A stretch of DNA of 63,289 bases, the filler included, from Octopus bimaculoides (taxonomy: Eukaryota), in the NCBI RefSeq assembly GCF_001194135.2. It is 7 parts of 7 records of this genome, joined end to end, with 100 filler letters (N's around TTAATTAATTAA, not from the genome) between each part and the next. Parts side by side here need not be neighbours in the genome. Positions count along the whole stretch, not along the records: positions 53,025 to 58,545 come from NC_068985.1; positions 58,646 to 62,160 come from NC_068994.1; positions 62,261 to 63,289 come from NW_026345261.1; 4 more parts are not named here. One strand, given 5' to 3'. This document shows, piece after piece, positions 54,042 to 63,289 of this stretch. The notes beneath the pieces were generated by a model, which saw nothing but the letters and a program-made list of their open reading frames with translations, did not search any database and was not told the DNA's origin. Position numbers and translations under genes: made by a program. Positions within the stretch are counted from its first letter, which is position 1, and each line of letters opens with the position of its first letter.

Positions 54042-54420
54042 CGTATCACTACTACATAAATCTCTCTGAGAGATTTAGAAATGTATTATTTCTACTTTGG
54101 GAATGTCCTTCATCATGGCCTCATTAAGCCCAAGGCCTTTTGAATGAAATCTGGTTGGTGGAAACTGTGTGGCACCCCTTCCCATAAAAAACACCCTCAT
54201 TAAAACTGGAGCAATGTGAAATGAAGTGTTTTGTTCAAGAACACAATACACCATCTGATTCAGGATTTGAAACCACAATCTTGCAATCATGAGTGCAACA
54301 CCTTAACCTCTAGGCCATGTACATTTACAGTAAAATAATAAAAGATGGGGGAGGGATCAAGATTTGAAAGTTGTTGCAAGTTTTATAATAATTGCGTGTT
54401 TGGTGATTTCCATTTTATAG

Positions 54421-54605
54421 ATTTTAGTTCCGATACTGGAGGGGAAGAAAATGAAGAACCTGAGAGTGCAGCAAAAAAGAGTAAGAAAAGTCCATCTAGA
54501 AGCAAGACCAAAGAAAACAGAGAGACGACAGATAAAAAAGAAACTAACCGGAACCAGAACAAGCGTGAACAGATTGTGGGATTACTGGGGAAGCTCAGCC
54601 ACACC
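54421..54605 (+). CDS. Probable upstream exon of the GTF2I-repeat gene: acidic then Lys/Arg/Ser-rich segment (DFSSDTGGEENEEPESAAKKSKKSPSRSKTKENRETTDKK...)
   Basis: TTTTATAG acceptor at 54420; purine-rich open frame; two GTAAGA donors, after 54480 (phase 1) and after 54605 (phase 0). The true end is uncertain, and an in-frame ATG at 54345 is an alternative start. Confidence 0.55.
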
Positions 54606-56402
54606 GTAAGATCCATTTCCATCATCATCATTATCATCATCAGTTAAAGCATTTGAATATTGCAATGTTTTTAAGAACCGCTTAGAATTATGTGATGAAA
54701 TAATTGCTTAACTGATTGAGTCCTGTTGTTACTGTTCTTGTTTATGTTTGTTCATTAGCCCCACTCAGTTCTGTTCTGTCGTAACAAATATTTTAGATGG
54801 GAACACTACTGCATTGTCCTGTTGCTGTTGTTTTGCATAAATCTTCAATGTTGTGGAACTGAGCTGATCTCAGATGTTCAAAACATTAAGATTTCTTTGG
54901 TCTTGGTGTTATGGACGTCTTAGACATACTACAGTAGCAGCAGGACAGTGCTGCCCTCTCCAGACCCATCATAGCAGTTGGTCACAGTGTTGTCAGCTAA
55001 TAAGTCATTTGTCACTTATATTCTATTATTGATGCTACTTACTGCAGTAATTTATTTTTTTATCTCATGGTAGCTATTTTCAGCTAAGGCAACTGATCAT
55101 TTGCGAGTTACACCTATCTTGAACATGAATGCCATGCTCTGCAGGTGGCTGGAAATGAACCACCAACCACCCTGCTGGTTGTTTGTTATCCTATCCACTT
55201 TGCCATCTACATTTTCATAAAAGAAATATGAACTATTACCCAGGGAATCCATGCAATGATCTTCTTTACCATTTATAACCAAAGTGCTTTACTATCTGAG
55301 CCAATTCCCCAACTGATAATGCTATACCATAGATGCACTAACACGAAACATAATCATACATATACTGATTCACTCAACTTTAGGATTGGTTTGTTTGTTG
55401 TTTTTGTTCCTGTTTCTTTCTACTTTTTTTTTTTTCATGTCTTCCTAATTAATTACTGAACTGTTCCTATTATAAATTATTTTTAGTGTTCATCATTGTC
55501 ATCTCTTGGTGTTGAAACTGCCTGTCTAGCTGTCAACAAACCAGTTGTTTTCACACTAGGTAGTAAATATGGTACAAACTTCCTTAAAAAAGAAAAGCAA
55601 TTACAGAACAAATTTCTTGCCTACTTAGGTTGGTATTCATTTAAGATACATTTTTTTTTCTTTTTGTTTTGTTTTTTCCTTGGATTGTAACAAAAGGACG
55701 AAGGAAGCATTTTTATGTGTATTCTAGAACAAACGCCACCTTTGATTTTGGAACTTGCACAAAACTAGAGTCATTAATTCTATGTGATATCTTCATTTCT
55801 TTTTTGTTGGTAATGGAGTAAAAGATAATAAAATGAAGCCTAGTTTTATGAACCTGTGGCTGAACCAGGATTCTTGACATTAGGAATAAGCATTTTATTT
55901 AGCTTCTTTTGTTGACATTTTTTTAATTATTGAGGTAAGAATATTTACTATTAAACTATTGATTATATATGCATAAGTTCAGATCTTACTGAAACCACTG
56001 TTACATACTCTAAGCAAGGCTTATAACTCTACTTCTCACAGTTAATCTGCTTCACAAAACCCTGTAGCTCACCATTTCAATTCCTCGGGCCACTGCCTCC
56101 ACCATCTACCATTATTGCCATTATTTTGTGTAACAATTCTTCAGTTTTTATCTTTCCTATTCACTGTTTTGTCTCTCAGAGAAAAGAGAAATATATCCAA
56201 AACATTGATGGCTTTACTTTTCCTTATTACAGAAATTTCCTTAAAAAAGAAAAACAATTAACTGCATTTATTTTTATTACTTATTTCCTTTGAATTATTA
56301 ATAAAATAGTTTGTTTCATACAGCTTTAGTTAATTAAATCACTCACACTATAAACTGTGATCTGTATAGACTGAAAATATTCTCTTCTTTTATTTGTTTC
56401 AG

Positions 56403-56480
56403 CCAAGGGCAAAGATCAGCCCAAAAACAACCGTAAGAAGCTTGCAGAAGAAGTGAAGGCCTTATTCAATGAGAAGTTTT
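56403..56480 (+). CDS. GTF2I-like repeat gene exon: basic linker plus first helix of the I-repeat (KGKDQPKNNRKKLAEEVKALFNEKF)
   Basis: TTTGTTTCAG acceptor and T|GTGAGT donor; phase 1-1. LAEEVKALFNEKF matches the I-repeat start [13 protein letters not shown]. Confidence 0.85.
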
Positions 56481-57224
56481 GTGAGTCCATTTTCATAAAC
56501 ACTTTGTTTCAGATTTATAAAAGAGCCACACCCACACACTCAAATTACATCTTATCATTTGAGGAGGGGAAAAAAAAAAGAAGGAAACATTACATGATGT
56601 TGCACTTGAGCTTGATGAATGCCCAGTTTGAGAAGCACTGAGGTAGAGGGTCCTTCTTTCGCTATGAACTGTGACTCTGATTACTGGAAGAGATCAAAAT
56701 TGTAAACTTGGTACTGGAATCCTTAAAGCAGTCTAGTGAATTCCCAGTATTACTCTGACAACTCCTGCATCTCAACACAAATACCAAACTGTATTAGAAC
56801 CTATCCTTTTAAATTACATCAGTGGTGAAGAGAGTATGAACCTATTTCAGTTTTCATTTAGGCATATTGAGTCATTTGATAGTAAAGTATGCTTATATTG
56901 CATTATTCTACAAGGCTGCATTACTAGTAATCACCAAAATACCTATTAAATTTGGTAGGTGGAGTCCAGTTTTAAAAGAGAAAACGTAAAAAATATTTTG
57001 GAAGGTAAAATAGCTCCATTTGAAATTTCTGATCTTGGCTTTCATACTTACTGAAATTGGTTCACCTTCATATTAATTTCTGGTTTCCCTCAACAGTATT
57101 TACACACCTAATAATCTTGGCAATATTCAACTTTTAAAACTGTTAATCTTCCACTTTCACTCTTCTCCTTATCTATATATCTATCTATTCTGCTTACTTA
57201 TTTTCTTATTCTTTTTGCTACCAG

Positions 57225-57402
57225 CTTTATGTTGCGGCAGTACTCGGACCATGCCATATGTTAAACTGGAAAAAGATCCTATGTTTATCGACATTGAAGG
57301 CTTCCCAGATGGCATTATCCTAAAAAGACCACAATCCTATGGAATATCGGATCTTCGGAAAATTTTAAATGCTTCTGAAAAAATCCAGTTTCACCTAAAG
57401 AA
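57225..57402 (+). CDS. GTF2I-like repeat (PF02946-type) core exon (SLCCGSTRTMPYVKLEKDPMFIDIEGFPDGIILKRPQSYGISDLRKILNASEKIQFHLKK)
   Basis: Pyrimidine tract plus CCAG acceptor and AA|GTAAGT donor; 178 nt, phase 1-2. Carries the I-repeat motifs PY, EG(L/F)P(E/D)GI, RP(S/Q)(T/S)YGI, L..IL.A.E.I.F..KK. Confidence 0.9.
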
Positions 57403-57834
57403 GTAAGTTATGCTGCTTAAAGAAATATTTACCAACATAATATTTGATGTTTGGAAGGGCATCCAACTGTAGAAACTATGCCAAAGCAGGTATTGGAGCT
57501 TGACACTGTATTCTGGCATGTTGGATCCTTTTGAGCCATCCAACTTATGTCAGTCTGAAAAATAGACATTAAATAACAATGACAACTACTACTACTATTA
57601 CAAACATCACCACCACCACTGCCACAGTTATTATTATAGTATCTTCAGTAAGAAAAGGTAGCAAGATTTGGGCACCAAATGTAGAAGTTCTGCAGTGTCT
57701 TGAGGGAAGTAATTTGTATATGATTCATTGTATAAATCTGACATGAGCGACCTTTTTCAAGGGGCCACATTAGAGGTGGCTCCACATTAGGCAGACCATG
57801 CTACTAAACAAAATTTAAGGTAATTTTTCATTAG

Positions 57835-58002
57835 GTGTACCATTCAGAGAGTCCTGTGAGCTGCAGTTTGTCTGTGACTGATGTAAATGTTAACTCACAG
57901 GAGAAACAAAGTGAAAATAGTGTGAAAAAATATTTAGTACTGACAGCATCAGCCAATGTGTCCAAGACAATCAGGTGCACTGATACAGACAATAAATGTT
58001 GA
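57835..58002 (+). other. Possible next or terminal exon of the GTF2I-repeat gene
   Basis: TTTTTCATTAG acceptor. A phase-2 join gives KCTIQRVL* (stop 57857-57859); the phase-0 frame is open for 55 codons; AATAAA at 57991-57996. No homology support. Confidence 0.3.
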
Positions 58003-58028
58003 AGAGTAAGCTCTTTATTTAATGTTGA

Positions 58029-58358
58029 AGGCGCATGGCTCAGTGGTTAGAGTGTCGAGCTTACGATCATTAGGTTGTGAGTTTGATTCCCGGACCGGGC
58101 TGTGTGTTGTGTTCTTGAGCAAGACACTTTATTTCATGTTGCTCCAGTTAACTCAGCCGTAGAAATGAGTTGTGACATCTCTGATGCCAAGCGGTATCGG
58201 CCTTTGCCTTTCCCTTGGATAACATCAGTGGTGTGGAGAGGGGAGGCTGGTATGCATGGACGACTGTTGGTCTGCCATAAAAAACCTTGCCCGGACTTGT
58301 GCATCGGAGGGTAACTTTCTAGGTGCAATCCTAGGGTCATTCATGACCGAAGGGGGTC
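58029..58358 (+). mobile_element. tRNA-derived SINE family C-related copy
   Basis: GGCGCATGGCTCAGTGGTTAGAG...GTTCTTGAGCAAGACACTT; reverse fragment at about 54190-54320. Confidence 0.8.
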
Positions 58359-58383
58359 TCCTCCTCCTTGTGGACAGTAGCGT

Positions 58384-58545
58384 TCATCATCATCATCGTT
58401 TAACGTCCGCTTTCCATGCTAGCATGGGTTGGACGATTTGACTGAGGACTGGTGAAACCGGATGGCAACACCAGGCTCCAGTCTAATTTGGCAGAGTTTC
58501 TACAGCTGGATGTCCTTCCTAACGCCAACCACTCAGAGAGTGTAG
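58384..58545. mobile_element. Dispersed repeat family E (CATCATC-TTTAACGTCCGCTTTCCATGCT...GGATGCCCTTCCTAACGCCAACC), SINE/RTE-tail-like
   Basis: Homologous segments at about 40990-41270, 43215-43340 and 44440-44680, and reversed at 43515-43700. Confidence 0.65.
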
Positions 58546-58645
58546 NNNNNNNNNNNNNNNNNNNNNNNNNNNNNNNNNNNNNNNNNNNNTTAATTAATTA
58601 ANNNNNNNNNNNNNNNNNNNNNNNNNNNNNNNNNNNNNNNNNNNN

Positions 58646-58679
<34 letters not shown>

Positions 58680-59569
58680 TAGAACCATGTGCCACTCACT
58701 CGAGGCCCTAAGCACTTAAAAGATTTTGGTGTCCCCCATAAAAGATTAAGTAATTCAAAATATAAACAATAACAAACCATGAAATGAATTTTTATTTTTC
58801 AAAACGAAACAAAACAGTAAGAGGGAAAATAATGTTTATTTTTGTATCCTTCTACTTCATTTATACTTGAAAAGTTTCCTCCTTCTTTTTTGAATTGCAA
58901 AGTCTTTGATCAGATCCTCAAATTTAATCTTAGGTAACACATAGAGATAAAGGCATCCCGAATATTATTCTAGCAAGTTTAATGTGATTTCTTTTGTGCC
59001 GTAAACCGTTTACCATTTCTGTGGTGCTCCCCACCCACTCCTTCTCTTGATGCCCTAAGCACATTGCTTATTTTGCTTAATGGCTAATCTAGTGTTGCTT
59101 AAGAGGTCAAGTAGTGGTTTCCAAACAAGGCAACTGTTATGGTGAGAGTCATTGACACTCCTGTGGGATTGGAAGAATGGACAGGCTGAACTTTTAGAAA
59201 GAGTAGTGTGTTTAGTGGAGTGATTTGAAGTATGTTGTGGGAACACAGTTGAGTCTATCCCCACATTCTGAAATCTGTATATCCAACATATAGAAAGATA
59301 TAAAAGCAATGAATTAAGATTGTCACCCCAAAAACGCTATGNNNNNNNNNNNNNNNNNNNNNNNNNNNNNNNNNNNNNNNNNNNNNNNNNNNNNNNNNNN
59401 NNNNNNNNNNGGGGGGGGGATTTGAACTCAGAATAAAGAGAGTTCGAAGGAGGAAAAGCAAATTTGATCTCAGAGTTAAGAGAGTCAGAACCAAATATGA
59501 GGAATTCTATTCCATCTTCTAACTATGTTATCAATTCACTGTCTCATTTGTTTGTTTGTATCAATTTAT

Positions 59570-59576
59570 CTGTGTA

Positions 59577-59607
<31 letters not shown>

Positions 59608-60600
59608 ATGCATATGTATGTGTGTTTGTGTGTGGTGCACATGTATGTATGCATGTTTGCATGCATGTATAAATGTATGAATGTATAATATAAAGTGCAT
59701 TTATGTATGTATGTATGTATGCATAAATGTATGTATCTATGACTCAATTTATCTGTGTGCGTATGTATGCGTGTGTGTATGAATATGTGTGCATGTATGT
59801 ATGTATGTATGTGTGCATGCGTGTGTATATGAATGTATGTATAAGTATGTATGTATGTTTGTATATATGTATGCATGTATGTTTGTATGCATGTATATAT
59901 GTATGAATGTATAATATATGTATGTATGCATGAATGTATGTATAAATGTATGTATGCATGAATGTATGTATGTATGTATGTATGTGTGTGCGTATGTATG
60001 TATGTGTGTGCGTATGTAATGTACACTCAAGCTTTAGCTTGTGAATCATGCAGAATGTTGCAACAATAGATTTTACTTCCAGGGACCTACTTGGTTAAGG
60101 TAATTAACTCTAAGTTATAAAATACCAAACTAACTTACTGGTCAAAGCATGTTCATTTACAATAGTGGTGGTAACAGTGATAATGGTGATAGTGGTAGTG
60201 GTGATGGTGGTGGTGGTGGTGATGACAGTAATAGCAATGGTAGTGGTACCAGCAGTGGTTCTGACAGTGATGTTTGGTAAAGGCAACGGCGGCAGTGGCG
60301 GTGGCAGCAGTGGTGGAGGTGGTGGTGCTGATAATGGTTACAGCGATGGCGTAGAAGTTGCCCTAGAGATTTTTGTTGAGATGGGGTTAGTGGTTGATGA
60401 TGGTGATGGTGATTGATGGCGATGGTGACTGATGGTGATGATTGCATTAGTTCTGAAGGGGGAGGTGGTATTTGTGGTGACAGTGGTGGAGTAGAAGTTT
60501 ATAGAGGTGATACTAATAATAGTTGTAAAGGTGACAGTGGTGTTGGTGGTGGTGTTGATGGTGGTTCTGGTGGTGGTAACAGTGACTTCTACTAAAGATG
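59570..60600. repeat. Low-complexity block: degenerate (TATG)n followed by degenerate (GGT/GAT)n
   Basis: Direct inspection. Similar blocks at 12690-12970, 28630-28860, 34290-34850, 52770-52925 and 62570-63120. Confidence 0.9.
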
Positions 60601-60829
60601 GACGAATTGCCACTGAGCAATTATGCTCAGTATGCTAAAAATTCTGGAAATCTTTAACATACCTCCAAAAGGCGGTCGCAGTCAAAATGTCTTTGATTAT
60701 TAGATTGAGGAAAATGTTTGTGTGCTGTGTTAAAATAATGCATTTTTTATATATTTTTGTGGTGTGTGTTTTCATTCAGTTCATGTCATGTTCATTGATG
60801 ACTCACTGTTGAAAAGTACCCAAGACTTG

Positions 60830-61162
60830 TTCGTGGAAAACGCGCTTTGTTTCAACAAGACAATGCAAAGCCACATACAGCCAGAAAGACCAGCAACAAG
60901 ACTGAAGAATTGGACGGTGTGGAAGTTCTGCCGCATCCAGCCTATCTATAGTCCAGACGTTGCTCCATCTGACTACGGTCTCTTCCGATCAATGCACCAC
61001 TTTATGAAAGGTCGCCGATTTGAGTCATTCGATGAAGCTGAAGAAGCCTGTCAAGAATTTTTCGATTCAAAGCCGAAGGATTGGTACTTTGATCAAATCC
61101 GAAACCTTGCAGATCATTGGCAGAAGGTCGTGGAAAAAGATGGCCTTTATCTTGAAGAATAG
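60830..61162 (+). mobile_element. mariner (DD34D-type) transposase C-terminal fragment
   Basis: YSPDVAPSDYGLFRSMHHFMKGRRF...FFDSKPKDWYFDQIRNLADHWQKVVEKDGLY; the N-terminal part is missing. Confidence 0.85.
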
Positions 61163-62121
61163 TTNNNNNNNNNNNNNNNNNNNNNNNNNNNNNNNNNNNN
61201 NNNNNNNNNNNNNNNNNNNNNNNNNNNNNNNNNNNNNNNNNNNNNNNNNNNNNNNNNNNNNNNNNNNNNNNNNNNNNNNNNNNNNNNNNNNNNNNNNNNN
61301 NNNNNNNNNNNNNNNNNNNNNNNNNNNNNNNNNNNNNNNNNNNNNNNNNNNNNNNNNNNNNNNNNNNNNNNNNNNNNNNNNNNNNNNNNNNNNNNNNNNN
61401 NNNNNNNNNNNNNNNNNNNNNNNNNNNNNNNNNNNNNNNNNNNNNNNNNNNNNNNNNNNNNNNNNNNNNNNNNNNNNNNNNNNNNNNNNNNNNNNNNNNN
61501 NNNNNNNNNNNNNNNNNNNNNNNNNNNNNNNNNNNNNNNNNNNNNNNNNNNNNNNNNNNNNNNNNNNNNNNNNNNNNNNNNNNNNNNNNNAGATGGGAAA
61601 CGGCAGAGATAGAAAATGCCAGCAAGTAAAAATTGACATTCAACTGATGGGGATAATGTATGTATATGGGTGATGTATGTATATGGGTGACGTGTAAGTA
61701 TGTATCTATGATATAAAGTGTACATGGATTTCTGTGTACATTTGTATTTATGCCATGAAAACTTGTTTTTACACACACAGACACACACATACACACGCAC
61801 ACTCATACATTAACATGAAAATACATTCACGTACATACAAATGCACATACATACATACACACATGCATACCTTCGTATATACATACATACACATGTACAT
61901 TTACATTCACCCTGTTTAGAATGTATCAAGGTTTTCATTGAAGTGTGGTCTTTTTGATCGTTTGATCATAACTATCTCGCCCTCACACATGTACATGCAT
62001 ACACATATATATATATATATACACACATATGGATGTGTGTGTGTGTGTGTGTGATGTGTGCATGAATGTGCATATGTATATATACATATATGCATATTTA
62101 TGAAAGTATATATATGTATAT

Positions 62122-62160
<39 letters not shown>

Positions 62161-62260
62161 NNNNNNNNNNNNNNNNNNNNNNNNNNNNNNNNNNNNNNNN
62201 NNNNTTAATTAATTAANNNNNNNNNNNNNNNNNNNNNNNNNNNNNNNNNNNNNNNNNNNN

Positions 62261-62570
62261 CTCAGCTCTTCAATGCCCTGCCAAAACATTTGAGAGACCT
62301 GCAAGACATGAATGCGGAGGTCTTCAATACAAAACTCGACACTTTCCTCTCCACGATACCAGACGAACCAATGGCTCGAAATGAGACGCAGTTTAGGGCA
62401 GCGATGTCAAATTCTCTTATACACCAGATGTGCCATCAAAACTCTCTTGATTGGACCATATCAGGTGGGGGAGAAGAGCCATGCAAGGAACGTGAAGAGA
62501 GCACAGCATAAAGACGGAAAATCACGGTGGTACTCCAGCATCACCGCAGCCACTTGGCTAAAATCCATAA
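62261..62570 (+). mobile_element. CR1/L2-like LINE 3' fragment
   Basis: QLFNALPKHLRDL...FNTKLDTFLSTIPDEP...RAAMSNSLIHQ, a typical LINE ORF2 C-terminus, followed by a microsatellite. Confidence 0.6.
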
Positions 62571-62800
62571 ATAAATACATATGTTTGTGTATATACTATA
62601 TATACCTGTGTGTATATATACATATATATGTGTATATATATTATATATATGTATATGCATATATATATTCACATTTATATGTATATGCATATATATATAT
62701 AAATATATATATATGTATATATAAATATATATATATATATGTATATATATACATAAATATATGTCTATATGTATGTATATATGTGTATATATATACAAAC

Positions 62801-62832
<32 letters not shown>

Positions 62833-62836
62833 TCAT

Positions 62837-62870
<34 letters not shown>

Positions 62871-62878
62871 TTATATAT

Positions 62879-62913
<35 letters not shown>

Positions 62914-63289
62914 CATATATTTATATATATACACACATATATATAGATAGATCCACACACTCACAAAGGCAGCCGCAAATAAACACAAACATTCACACAC
63001 ATTTATATATATATATATGCACACATACATACACATGTGTAATATATATGCATATAAATATGTACTCGTATATTTACAGGCGTATACATACATATTCATA
63101 TACATGTACAGAGACTTAATGAAAATTCGAAGTTACACTCGATTAAAATTATAATAAATATTTAACTCTACACATTTATTAACATATTAACAGTTATTCA
63201 GTCGATGACGCTTGTCGCTTTATGCACATATAAGCATTTATATTTAAGTATATATATATATACATACACACACACACACACATATATAT

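Noticed and set aside
58029-58100. tRNA-like heads as tRNA genes (also 713, 39909, 26240)
   Set aside because: No complete cloverleaf; each continues into a multi-copy SINE body.
59055-59309. 84-aa minus-strand ORF as an upstream DLEC1 exon
   Set aside because: No similarity to DLEC1 or any family I recognise, and no suitable donor.

Overview
AT-rich, microsatellite-saturated, gappy animal genomic DNA. The tRNA-derived SINE families, the (TA)n/(CA)n/(AAT)n load and the transposon set look like octopus/cephalopod DNA (inference from recalled repeat families). About 1-42 kb holds no protein-coding exon I can support: it is SINEs, R4/Dong-like LINE fragments, a DD37D Tc1/mariner remnant, MITEs and simple repeats, and it retains CpG. 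From about 43 to 60 kb the DNA is CpG-depleted and genic. Four phase-compatible minus-strand exons (51572-51444, 50268-50177, 45696-45624, 44110-43925) splice into a peptide matching the C-terminal third of DLEC1 (CFAP81). On the plus strand, exons 56403-56480 and 57225-57402, with a probable upstream exon at 54421, encode a complete GTF2I-like I-repeat. That domain family is usually described as vertebrate-specific, and the intron positions appear to match the vertebrate ones; this is the top finding. Also notable: a candidate minimal hammerhead ribozyme in a retrozyme/Penelope-like repeat inside a DLEC1 intron, in the sense orientation; a tandem array of 5' splice-site copies behind a DLEC1 donor; a head-to-tail SINE pile-up in (AAT)n tracts; and several long palindromes. 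Six TTAATTAATTAA linkers inside 100-bp N blocks are assembly artefacts marking unsized joins, so long-range adjacency is uncertain. All homology calls come from recalled sequences, not database searches.
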